From positions 1 through 45,891 of the forward strand of contig JAZNOU010000006.1 of assembly GCA_045589295.1 (NCBI GenBank): a stretch of 45,891 nucleotides of DNA, written 5' to 3'. Made by a program: the position numbers and the translations under genes. Position 1 is the first letter of the stretch. Every line of letters starts with the position of its first letter. This document shows positions 19,409 to 27,720 of this stretch, piece after piece. This DNA is from Clostridia bacterium. Lineage in GTDB: Bacteria; Bacillota; Clostridia; RGIG6154. The notes under the pieces were generated by a model. It saw nothing but the letters and a program-made list of their open reading frames with translations. It searched no databases and was not told the origin of the DNA.

Positions 19409-20389
19409 ATGAAAATAGCAATTATTTGTGCTAAAGAAAAAACAACTGACATTTTTACAGAAAAAGACATCAATAGATTACGCGCTCTTGGTGAAGTTGC
19501 AATCAACGAAGGTGATGCTTCAATTGAAAATATCAAAGCAACTGTTAAAGATGCTGATATTGCAATCACTTCATGGGGCAGCCTTAAAATGGAAGAAGAA
19601 ATTTTAAACGAATGTCCAAACCTTAAACTTTTAATGCACGGTGCAGGTTCAGTTAAACCTTACGTTTCAGATGAACTCTGGGCAAAAGACATCAGAGTTT
19701 GCGCATCAACAAAACCACTCGGTATCGGCGTTGCAGAAACTGCTTTAGGTTTTACAATTGCAGCTTGCAAAAACTTCTTTGCAATTAACGAAGACATCCA
19801 CAACGGCGGATACCTTCGTGAAAATATTAAAGAACTTTATGAAATTACAGTTGGTGTAGTAAGTGCAGGTTTCGTTGGCAGACACTATATTAAACTTCTC
19901 CAGAACTTCGGCGTTGATGTTCTTCTTTATGATCCATATGTCACAGAAGAACAGGCAAAGGCTATGGGATGCAAGAAAGCAGAACTGGAAGAACTTCTCA
20001 AAGTTTCAGATGTTGTTTCACTTCATGCTCCATCAATCCCTGCTACAAAACATATGATTAATGCCGAAACTCTTAAATTAATGAAAAAAGATGCTGTTCT
20101 TATTAACACAGCAAGAGGTTCACTCATTGATGAAAATGCTCTTTATGAACATATGAAAGCAGGTAACTTGAAATACACATGTATGGATGTTTATGATCCA
20201 GAACCACCAATGGAAGATAACCCACTCCGTACACTTAAAAATGTAATTATGACTTCACACCTTGCAGGTCTTGTTTCAAACGGACTTTTGAGAATCGGTG
20301 CACACTGCGCAGACCAGATTGAAAACTTTGTTAACAATCAGCCAATGGAATGCGAAGTTACAAAAGATATGCTTGCAAAAATGGCGTAA
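19409..20389 (+). CDS. D-isomer-specific 2-hydroxyacid dehydrogenase
   Basis: HGAGSVK, VVSAGFVGR, YDPY, SLHAP, LINTARG, DVYDPEP, SHLAG; ATG 19409 behind AAGGAG. Confidence 0.92.
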   Translation: MKIAIICAKEKTTDIFTEKDINRLRALGEVAINEGDASIENIKATVKDADIAITSWGSLKMEEEILNECPNLKLLMHGAGSVKPYVSDELWAKDIRVCASTKPLGIGVAETALGFTIAACKNFFAINEDIHNGGYLRENIKELYEITVGVVSAGFVGRHYIKLLQNFGVDVLLYDPYVTEEQAKAMGCKKAELEELLKVSDVVSLHAPSIPATKHMINAETLKLMKKDAVLINTARGSLIDENALYEHMKAGNLKYTCMDVYDPEPPMEDNPLRTLKNVIMTSHLAGLVSNGLLRIGAHCADQIENFVNNQPMECEVTKDMLAKMA

Positions 20390-20397
20390 AACCATTA

Positions 20398-20429
20398 AAA
20401 CAACCACCCAAAAGGGTGGTTGTTTTTTT
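20398..20429 (+). terminator. Rho-independent terminator
   Basis: AAACAACCACCC-aaaa-GGGTGGTTGTTTTTTT. Confidence 0.85.
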
Positions 20430-20463
20430 CGAATAAAAGAAATTATAAATTTTCAAAAAAATA

Positions 20464-20492
20464 TTGACAAATAAAAAAAACTTTGTTATAAT
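20464..20492 (+). promoter_or_regulatory. Consensus sigma-A promoter for tRNA-Gln
   Basis: TTGACA-N17-TATAAT with extended TGn and an AT-rich upstream region. Confidence 0.85.
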
Positions 20493-20511
20493 AGCAATGT
20501 TGAAAATAAAT

Positions 20512-20585
20512 AGCGGGATTGTGTAAGGGTAGCACGACAGACTCTGACTCTGTTTGTGAGGGTTCGAATCCTTCTCCCGCTGCCA
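20512..20585 (+). tRNA. tRNA-Gln(CTG)
   Basis: Acceptor AGCGGGA/TCCCGCT, D stem GTGT/GCAC, anticodon arm ACAGA-CTCTGAC-TCTGT, T arm GAGGG-TTCGAAT-CCTTC, encoded CCA. Confidence 0.97.
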
Positions 20586-20586
20586 T

Positions 20587-20618
20587 AAAAAAGCAAGCAC
20601 TTTAGTGCTTGTTTTTTT
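20587..20618 (+). terminator. Terminator after tRNA-Gln
   Basis: AAAAAGCAAGCAC-ttta-GTGCTTGTTTTTT. Confidence 0.85.
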
Positions 20619-20629
20619 ATGCTTAAATT

Positions 20630-20783
20630 GGGGTAGATTCGAACCCGAACTGAGGGTGCCCGCGTAGCGACCGCCGCCAGTGGCGGATGAAGGGAGCACG
20701 CAAGGGCTATGCAGTAACACAATGAAATGAGCTGACTCTCAGCGAAATTGAATTGATGTTACAAATGGATAGAATCCTTCTCC
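20630..20783. repeat. Structured tRNA-associated element bounded by antisense and sense copies of the tRNA-Gln 3' half
   Basis: GATTCGAACCC (20636-20646) is the reverse complement of tRNA 20560-20570; GAATCCTTCTCC (20772-20783) duplicates tRNA 20566-20577; internal hairpins include CCGCCAGTGGCGG. Confidence 0.65.
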
Positions 20784-20824
20784 AAAAAAATAAATAGCAT
20801 TCGATTTTTCTAAACCAAATGCTA

Positions 20825-21025
20825 TTATTTTTCAAACGTGATAACATCTTCAATTTTACAATCTAATGCAATGCAAATTTTATTTAAAATAAAACTGTCA
20901 TATCTTACAACTTTGTTTTTATAGTAATTATCAATTATATGATAACGAATACCAGTACGCTTTGCTAATTCGTATCTTGAAACATTACGATTCTTTAATG
21001 CAGAATCAAGCGTAATTCTTATCAT
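20825..21025 (-). CDS. Cro/C1-type (XRE) helix-turn-helix regulator
   Basis: 66 aa: SRYELAKRTGIRYHII...LNKICIALDCKIEDVI; GAGGTG RBS. Confidence 0.85.
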   Translation of the reverse strand: MIRITLDSALKNRNVSRYELAKRTGIRYHIIDNYYKNKVVRYDSFILNKICIALDCKIEDVITFEK

Positions 21026-21126
21026 AAACTCACCTCTAAATATATTTTAATAAATATATATCTTATTGACAACTCCCATATATAGATGTATACTTATATG
21101 CGTATATGTTATTGATGGAGGAAACT

Positions 21127-21393
21127 ATGGCTGAATTTTGTCTGGATTGCTGGAATAAACTAAACAAAACTGAAGATAGTCAAAGAAAATATATTTTATC
21201 AAAAAATTTAGATTTGTGCGAAGGTTGCGGAGAGTGGAAACAGGTAATTATCATGGAACGCAAAGCATACTATATTCGTATATTTAAATTATTTCTCTCT
21301 CCAATCTATATTATGTGCAATATAATATATTTTGTATGGAGATTACTTATACTCCCATACTTACTATTTAAGTATAGAAAATCAAAAAAATGA
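21127..21393 (+). CDS. Small hypothetical protein with two CxxC motifs and a hydrophobic C-terminus
   Basis: MAEFCLDCW...LCEGCGEW; GGAGG RBS before ATG 21127; promoter TTGACA-N17-TATACT at 21066-21094. Confidence 0.7.
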   Translation: MAEFCLDCWNKLNKTEDSQRKYILSKNLDLCEGCGEWKQVIIMERKAYYIRIFKLFLSPIYIMCNIIYFVWRLLILPYLLFKYRKSKK

Positions 21394-21462
21394 ATTGAAT
21401 TCAAACCACCCAAATTAATGGATGAAAAATCACAACTATTTATTTCGCAAAATGCCCTCTTA

Positions 21463-21475
21463 GGGTTCAAGTCCC
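21463..21475 (+). repeat. Inverted copy of the tRNA-Leu T arm
   Basis: GGGTTCAAGTCCC is a perfect 13-bp inverted repeat of 21536-21548. Confidence 0.75.
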
Positions 21476-21488
21476 TACTTATTTGCAC

Positions 21489-21520
21489 AAAAAAAGAACA
21501 CCCCATTGGTGTTCTTTTTT
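21489..21520 (-). terminator. Terminator after tRNA-Leu
   Basis: AAAAAAGAACACC...GGTGTTCTTTTTT. Confidence 0.85.
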
Positions 21521-21522
21521 GT

Positions 21523-21607
21523 TGGTGCGAGTGATGGGACTTGAACCCATACGCCACGAAGCACACGCCCCTCAAACGTGCCTGTCTGCCAGTTCCAGCA
21601 CACTCGC
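21523..21607 (-). tRNA. tRNA-Leu(GAG)
   Basis: GCGAGTG/CACTCGC acceptor, anticodon arm CACGT-TTGAGGG-GCGTG, long variable arm, GGGTTCAAGTCCC T arm, ACCA end. Confidence 0.97.
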
Positions 21608-21637
21608 ATTTGATATTTAGTTAAATCAACAAAAGTT

Positions 21638-21666
21638 ATTTTAACACACCAAATGCAGTTTGTCAA
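21638..21666 (-). promoter_or_regulatory. Sigma-A promoter for tRNA-Leu
   Basis: Minus strand TTGACA-N17-TAAAAT with TGn. Confidence 0.75.
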
Positions 21667-21686
21667 GTGTTTAGGTAAAAAATATT

Positions 21687-21851
21687 CTAAAAATCCGATA
21701 TTTTATCCAAAACCTGAAAAATTTGCTGTTTTGCATAGTCAATTACAAGCACTTTTGGTGTTCCAAGCAGGGAATTAATTGTAAAATCCACATAAAGCAC
21801 CCCTGCAACAAGAACAATTAACATCAAAATAATTTTAAGTGCAGTTTTCAT
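21687..21851 (-). CDS. Small membrane-anchored protein downstream of spoIIP (54 aa, absent from the ORF track; positional analogue of yqxA)
   Basis: Manual translation MKTALKIILMLIVLVAGVLYVDFTINSLLGTPKVLVIDYAKQQIFQVLDKISDF*; GGTGA RBS; fills the gap between spoIIP and the tRNA promoter. Confidence 0.65.
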   Translation of the reverse strand: MKTALKIILMLIVLVAGVLYVDFTINSLLGTPKVLVIDYAKQQIFQVLDKISDF

Positions 21852-21882
21852 TAAATCACCAAAGTTATTTTTTCACAACTTT

Positions 21883-22908
21883 TCATTTTATATACTCCTC
21901 CAAAATACACGCAAACAATTCTGCACTTTTGAGCACCTCATTTAAGCTGTTTCCGTTCGTACCAAATTCCACAATTAAAGAATTTTTTGTTGTGTGCCCG
22001 TTGAAACGCTCTTTCCTTAAATCAATCGGTCTCATTAGTCCGTCATACATTTTATTTGCCTGTGCCTGAAGTCCTATTGCAAACTTTAAGTTTTCCTGCC
22101 AGTGCGGATGCTTTAACCCTCCCTCGTCCGTTCCCACCACCAACATTAGCTGAGCTGCTTTTTGCCCGTTTACGTCATACGTTAGTTTGGTTCTTTTACC
22201 GTCTTCTGTTACTATGGCATCGCGGTGAACGTCCAAAATTACATCAATACCATCATAATGTTCCATATACCACTCGGCAGTTTTTAAGGCGTTTGCATAC
22301 GAGCCATTATAATTTGGATAGTCGTGCAGTTTTATATCGTGCAGAACATTAAATCCTTTTTCTTCTAACAGCTCTTCTAAATGAGAACCAATCTTTACAA
22401 CGTTTTTTTCATTGTCGCACGTTCTTGAGGTTGGCTGGTCTGAAAAGCCCTCAGTTGCGTGAGTATGAATAATTAAAATCTGCGGTTGTTTCTTCTTTTC
22501 AGGCGGTTTATAACCATCTGAAAGACTTAAAACATCAACTGTCTTTTGCGTGTGATTTTTAATTATAACACTATCATAACTTATCGTTTCGCCTGAATTA
22601 TAATATTTGATCTGCTCATCATAAACAGGTTCACTTAATTCTGTTTCTTCTTCATTGGGAACAAATTCGGGATTAAACACCTCTTGTTCTTTGGGCCTGG
22701 TTTTTTCAAACGCAAGATTTCTGACCTCATCAAAAAAAGTATATGACTTGTCTTTATACAAAACAAAGTTATGCGCCAAAATCTCTTTAGTATCAAGTCC
22801 GTAGGAAAAAGGCATAACAGCAGTATTTTTGCAAATAAAAAAAACACATATTAAAATTAACACACACACTGTCCTGGCAACAAAGTCAAGACCTTTATTA
22901 TCTTTCAC
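21883..22908 (-). CDS. spoIIP: Stage II sporulation protein P (engulfment autolysin)
   Basis: PQILIIHTHATEGF, YNGSY, LDVHRDA, LIVEFGTNGNS; N-terminal TM; GTG start at 22908 behind GGAGG. Confidence 0.93.
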   Translation of the reverse strand: MKDNKGLDFVARTVCVLILICVFFICKNTAVMPFSYGLDTKEILAHNFVLYKDKSYTFFDEVRNLAFEKTRPKEQEVFNPEFVPNEEETELSEPVYDEQIKYYNSGETISYDSVIIKNHTQKTVDVLSLSDGYKPPEKKKQPQILIIHTHATEGFSDQPTSRTCDNEKNVVKIGSHLEELLEEKGFNVLHDIKLHDYPNYNGSYANALKTAEWYMEHYDGIDVILDVHRDAIVTEDGKRTKLTYDVNGQKAAQLMLVVGTDEGGLKHPHWQENLKFAIGLQAQANKMYDGLMRPIDLRKERFNGHTTKNSLIVEFGTNGNSLNEVLKSAELFACILEEYIK

Positions 22909-22936
22909 GCCTACCTCCATAAAATGTATATGTTAA

Positions 22937-22965
22937 ATTTTATGGTGACGGCAGAGTTATTATTC
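22937..22965 (-). promoter_or_regulatory. Possible sporulation sigma (SigE-like) promoter of spoIIP
   Basis: Minus strand GAATA-N16-CATAAAAT resembles the SigE consensus ATa...CATAcanT. Confidence 0.4.
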
Positions 22966-23029
22966 AAAAAACATTTACAACAGCCTTTAAAAATAGTATA
23001 ATAAACATATAAATTTCAGGAGGCTGAAA

Positions 23030-24757
23030 ATGGTTGAACTTTTAAGTCCTGCCGGCTCGCCAAAGGCGATGGAAGCCGCAGTCAAAGCGGGAGCAGATGC
23101 CGTATACTTTGGCACAAGTGTATTAAACGCGCGTCAGTCGGCGACCAATTTCAAAGACGAAGAACTTAAAAAGTGGGTGTCATTTTGTCACAAAAGAGGC
23201 GTTAAGTGCTACTTAACGCTTAATACTGTTGTCTCCGACCGTGAAATTAAGGACCTTAAAGATTATATAAAATTTATTTGTGATTGCGGTGTTGATGCCA
23301 TAATTGTGCAAAGCATCGGGCTTGTAAAGGTTATAAAAGCAATTTGTCCCGAGATGGAAGTGCACGCCAGCACCCAGATGTCTGTTCACAATTCTGATGG
23401 TGTGAAAATTGCAAAGGAGCTTGGAGCAAACAGGGTAGTGGTTGCACGTGAGCTTTTAAAAGATGACCTTAAAAATTCTTGTTTGCACGGCATTGAAATA
23501 GAGAGCTTTATACACGGAGCACTTTGTATGTGCTATTCAGGGCAATGCTATTTGTCATCACTAATCGGTCAAAGAAGCGGAAACCGCGGACTTTGTGCTC
23601 AGCCATGCAGACAAAAATATAAAAACGGATACGAGCTTAGCTTAAAAGATTTATGTATGGCACAAAACTTTACCGAATTTTTGTCCTCGGGAGTTACATC
23701 ACTTAAAATTGAGGGCAGGCTGAAAAGTCCTGAGTATGTTGGCGGTGTTACAAGCATTTACAGAAAATTAATTGATGAAAATCGTAATGCTACCGAAAAG
23801 GAACTTGCTGATTTGAAAAGACTTTTTTCGAGAAGCGGGTTTACCAACGGATATTATAACAACGCAAAAGGCAAGGAAATGTTCGGCATAAGGACAGAAA
23901 AGGACAAACAACTTTCCAAGGGATTTTCTCTTAAAATAACAGCCGCCCCGCCAAAACAAGAAATTATTCTGCAACCAAGAAAAACTTACGATGAATTGCC
24001 TGAACTTTTGGGTTACAAATACAAAAAAAGCGTTTACAATTTCCATTTTCTAAAAGAAAATCAGATAAAAGATATGAAATATCTTTACCTTGCAAATCAC
24101 ATATGGCTTCCGCTTTTTGAAATCAAGACCTTCAAAGACGAAAGGCTTGGCGCAGTTCTTCCTGCAATTATGTTTGATTCGCAGAAAGAGCTTATAAAGA
24201 AAAAACTTAAAGAAACGGGAGTTAAAAAGGCGCTGTGCCGCACGATAAGCCACATTACTCTTTGCAAGGAACTTGGAATTGAGCCTCACGGTGCATTCTC
24301 AATGAATTTTTATAATTCTTACGACCTTGCCGCAGCAAAAGAGCTTGGCCTTAAAGAAACAGCTGTTTCAATAGAATCAAAGCTTGCCCAAATCAGAGAT
24401 ATGAAAAAACCAATGCCTGTAAATGCCGTAGTTTACGGTAAAATTCCCGTTATGACCACAGAAAACTGTATAATAAAAAATGCAGGCAAGTGCACAAATT
24501 ATTCAAAAGGATACAAGCTTATTGATAGACAGGCTACATTTGATGTGGTTTGTGAATTTGGACACAGAAATATTATTTTAAACTCTGTACCAATAAATCT
24601 TTCGGACAAGATAAAGGACTTTTCGGGAAAAGACATAAAGGGTCTTGAATTCTTATTTACAACGGAGACAAAAAAAGAAATTGAAAGCATAATTGAAAGC
24701 TATCAGAAAGGTTTAAAACCAAAAGGTAATTTTACAAGAGGTCTTTACCTAAAATAA
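23030..24757 (+). CDS. U32 family protein (RlhA/TrhP-like RNA hydroxylation family)
   Basis: ELLSPAG, GADAVYFG, HASTQ, HGALCMCYSGQC, NRGLCAQPCR, SLKIEGRLK; promoter TTTACA-N17-TATAAT at 22974-23002. Confidence 0.92.
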   Translation: MVELLSPAGSPKAMEAAVKAGADAVYFGTSVLNARQSATNFKDEELKKWVSFCHKRGVKCYLTLNTVVSDREIKDLKDYIKFICDCGVDAIIVQSIGLVKVIKAICPEMEVHASTQMSVHNSDGVKIAKELGANRVVVARELLKDDLKNSCLHGIEIESFIHGALCMCYSGQCYLSSLIGQRSGNRGLCAQPCRQKYKNGYELSLKDLCMAQNFTEFLSSGVTSLKIEGRLKSPEYVGGVTSIYRKLIDENRNATEKELADLKRLFSRSGFTNGYYNNAKGKEMFGIRTEKDKQLSKGFSLKITAAPPKQEIILQPRKTYDELPELLGYKYKKSVYNFHFLKENQIKDMKYLYLANHIWLPLFEIKTFKDERLGAVLPAIMFDSQKELIKKKLKETGVKKALCRTISHITLCKELGIEPHGAFSMNFYNSYDLAAAKELGLKETAVSIESKLAQIRDMKKPMPVNAVVYGKIPVMTTENCIIKNAGKCTNYSKGYKLIDRQATFDVVCEFGHRNIILNSVPINLSDKIKDFSGKDIKGLEFLFTTETKKEIESIIESYQKGLKPKGNFTRGLYLK

Positions 24758-24781
24758 TTAGTGTAGTTAAATTTACAGAAT

Positions 24782-24810
24782 AAAAAAAGCACTCGCCTGA
24801 GTGCTTTTTT
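24782..24810. terminator. Bidirectional terminator
   Basis: AAAAAAGCACTC-gcct-GAGTGCTTTTTT between convergent genes. Confidence 0.85.
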
Positions 24811-24812
24811 AT

Positions 24813-26249
24813 TTATTTTTTCCACGTAGTTGGGGCAAATAGCATTATCATTGGAATGATTTCAAGTCTGCCTGCTAACATTACCATTGATAAAACAAAG
24901 GTTGACAGGTCTGAAAATGCGGCAAAGTTTCCTGTAGGACCTACCATATTAAGACCTGGGCCTATGTTATTTATCGTGGCAACCACCGCCGTAAAATTGG
25001 TAGCAAAATCGAAATTATCAAGGCTTATAATCAAAAGTGCCCCCACAAAAACCGAGAAAAACGCTGCAACGTACACATTTACACCTCTAACGGTTTCGTG
25101 TTCAACCACACGTCCATTCATTGTTACCTTAAATGTTGTTCTTGGATGTGCAAGAATTTTTATTTCTTTTACAATGCTTTTAAAAAGAAGTATAAACCTT
25201 GAAACCTTCATACCGCCGCCCGTTGAGCCTGCGCATGCGCCCACAAACATAAGCATTACAAGTATTGTTTTTGAAAGCGATGGCCACAAATCAAAATCTG
25301 TTGTTGCATAGCCCGTTGTGGTGATAATTGATGCCACCTGAAATGAACTATGACGAAGTGTATCCAATAAATTGCCAAAAATTGAAAGGCAGTTTATTGT
25401 TATAATTACTACTGAAATTGCCACTATTCCTAAATATGCTTTAAATTCGTCTGACTTCAAAATGTCTTTGAACTTTCTTAAAATTATTAAATAGTATATT
25501 GAAAAATCAACACCAAAAATAAGCATAAATACAGTAATTACATTCTGAACGTAAGGACTATATTCCGCTATGCTTGAATTTAAAATACCAAATCCACCTG
25601 TACCTGCCGTTCCAAATGTAAGCGTAAGCGCTGAAAATAAGTCCAGTCCGCCCAAAAGCAACAATGCACACTCCAGCACAGTTAATCCCATATAAATTGC
25701 ATAAAGTATTTTTGCACCGTCTTTTACCCTTGGCACAAGTTTGCTTATCTTAGGACCAGGGCTCTCTGCTTTAATAAGATAAATGTTGCTTCCTCCTGAA
25801 AGTGAAAGAAGAGCCACCAAAAACACAAGTACACCCATCCCACCAATCCAGTGGGTAAAGCTTCTCCAGAAAAGCAACCCCTTAGGAAGCGCCTCAACAT
25901 CTGTTAAAATTGATGCGCCTGTTGTAGAAAAACCTGATGCTGTTTCAAAAAATGCATCAACAAAATTTGGTATAAACCCTGTAACATAAAAGGGAAGTGC
26001 CCCAAAAAAACTTATTATTATCCAGCTTAGTGCAACAGTTATATAGCCCTCTTTTGAATAAAAGGACTTTGTTTTTGGTTTAAACAATGTCATTATAACG
26101 CCGAATGCTACACAAATTGCTATACATATAAGATATTGTGGTGTGTACGGCTCGTTATATATAAGTCCGCACAATAGCGGTAGCACAAGGCAGACTGCCT
26201 CGCACAATACAACTCTTCCTAAAGTTGCTAAAATAAGTTTAAAATTCAT
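24813..26249 (-). CDS. trkH: Trk potassium uptake membrane protein
   Basis: FETASGFSTTGAS, HWIGGMG, GTGGF, TTTGY, GACAGSTGGGMK, NNIGPG, LAGRLEI. Confidence 0.96.
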   Translation of the reverse strand: MNFKLILATLGRVVLCEAVCLVLPLLCGLIYNEPYTPQYLICIAICVAFGVIMTLFKPKTKSFYSKEGYITVALSWIIISFFGALPFYVTGFIPNFVDAFFETASGFSTTGASILTDVEALPKGLLFWRSFTHWIGGMGVLVFLVALLSLSGGSNIYLIKAESPGPKISKLVPRVKDGAKILYAIYMGLTVLECALLLLGGLDLFSALTLTFGTAGTGGFGILNSSIAEYSPYVQNVITVFMLIFGVDFSIYYLIILRKFKDILKSDEFKAYLGIVAISVVIITINCLSIFGNLLDTLRHSSFQVASIITTTGYATTDFDLWPSLSKTILVMLMFVGACAGSTGGGMKVSRFILLFKSIVKEIKILAHPRTTFKVTMNGRVVEHETVRGVNVYVAAFFSVFVGALLIISLDNFDFATNFTAVVATINNIGPGLNMVGPTGNFAAFSDLSTFVLSMVMLAGRLEIIPMIMLFAPTTWKK

Positions 26250-26259
26250 TTATTAACCT

Positions 26260-27618
26260 CTACTTTAAAATATCGGTAATGTCTTTACAGCCGTTTGCAA
26301 TGGTCACAACAACCACAGTATCTCCAGGCTGAAGTACATCTTTACCCCTTGGGATAATAATACGTCCTAAGCGGTTTATACAAGCAACCAAAACATTATC
26401 CTTAAGCTTTAATTCCTCAAGAGGAATATTTGCAACAGGGGAATCTTTTTCTATATTAAACTCTAACGCCTCTGCCTTTCCGTCCAAAACAAAGTGCATT
26501 GTTTCAATATTACTTCCTACTGAATTATTTTTCGCTCTGACAAAACGAACTATATATTCTGCAGTAATATTTTTGGGGTAAATTATTGTATCAAGGTCAA
26601 GTTCTGATATTACATTATCATAAGTAATTCTGTTAATTTTTGTGATTATTTTTGCATCTGTCTTACTTTTTGCAAAAAGCGAAAGCATAATGTTTTCTTC
26701 ATCAATATTTATAAGCGAAACAAACGAACTTGCGTACTCTAAGCCTTCTTCCATTAAAACTCTTGTGTCGGTACCGTCGCCGTTTATAATTGTAGCTTTT
26801 GGTAAAAGTCTGCAAAGCTCATCGCAACGAGCCTCATTTTTTTCTATTATCTTAACGCTGATGCCCGACTGCTCTAAAATTTTTGCAAGATAAAATGCAG
26901 TTTCACCGCCGCCGACAATTGTAGTATCCTTAATTGTATGAGTTTTAAAACCAATTTTTTTGAAAAAGTCTGTAACATTTCCAAACGAGCCAACTATACT
27001 GATTTTATCACCCTGTTTTAAAACAAAGTCACCTCTTGGGATAATTGCCTGCTCTCCGCGTTCAACACCGCACACCAAAACATCGCATTTAAGTTTTGCT
27101 GTAAGTCCAGCAATTTTCATGTCGCACAAAGGACACTCTTCAGGAATTTTGAATTTAAGTATTTCCACTCTTCCTTTTGCAAAGGTATCAATCTGAATGG
27201 CAGACGGAAATTTTAAAACACGCGCAATTTCTGTCGCCGCAGTATATTCGGGGTTAATTACCATAGCAAGACCAAGGTCTTCTTTGATAAGATTAACCTC
27301 TTTTCTGAATTCGGGATTTCTTACTCTTGCAATCGTCTTGCAATTCCCCGTCTTTTTGGCAAGAAGACAGGTAATAAGGTTAGTTTCATCTGACCCTGTA
27401 AGCGCAATTAAAATTTCTGCGTTTTCAATTCCCGCTTCCTCTAAGGTATCAATGTTCATTCCGCTTCCCTCAACACCCATGATGTCATACTCATTTGCAA
27501 GGTCGGAAACTAATGAACGATTTAAATCTATTACCGTAATATTATGTTCTTTTTCGTAGCTTAACATTTCGGTTATTTTTTGACCTACTTTACCGCAACC
27601 AACAATAATTATATTCAT
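26260..27618 (-). CDS. trkA: Trk potassium uptake NAD-binding protein
   Basis: Two RCK domains (IIVGCGKVG; IVGGGETA), TIARVRNPE; adjacent to trkH. Confidence 0.96.
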   Translation of the reverse strand: MNIIIVGCGKVGQKITEMLSYEKEHNITVIDLNRSLVSDLANEYDIMGVEGSGMNIDTLEEAGIENAEILIALTGSDETNLITCLLAKKTGNCKTIARVRNPEFRKEVNLIKEDLGLAMVINPEYTAATEIARVLKFPSAIQIDTFAKGRVEILKFKIPEECPLCDMKIAGLTAKLKCDVLVCGVERGEQAIIPRGDFVLKQGDKISIVGSFGNVTDFFKKIGFKTHTIKDTTIVGGGETAFYLAKILEQSGISVKIIEKNEARCDELCRLLPKATIINGDGTDTRVLMEEGLEYASSFVSLINIDEENIMLSLFAKSKTDAKIITKINRITYDNVISELDLDTIIYPKNITAEYIVRFVRAKNNSVGSNIETMHFVLDGKAEALEFNIEKDSPVANIPLEELKLKDNVLVACINRLGRIIIPRGKDVLQPGDTVVVVTIANGCKDITDILK

Positions 27619-27720
27619 TTGCTTAAGTCCACCTTTTTTAAGAACTTTTAAAATATTTTATCACAATAAAAATCAAAAATCAACAGCTTTATTAAATACT
27701 GAGTTTCACTAAAGTTATCT

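Noticed and set aside
20358-20722. Minus-strand ORFs of 120 and 78 aa
   Set aside because: They overlap tRNA-Gln, its promoter and terminators on the opposite strand; spurious.
21306-21666. Minus-strand ORFs of 89 and 63 aa
   Set aside because: They read through tRNA-Leu and its terminator; spurious.
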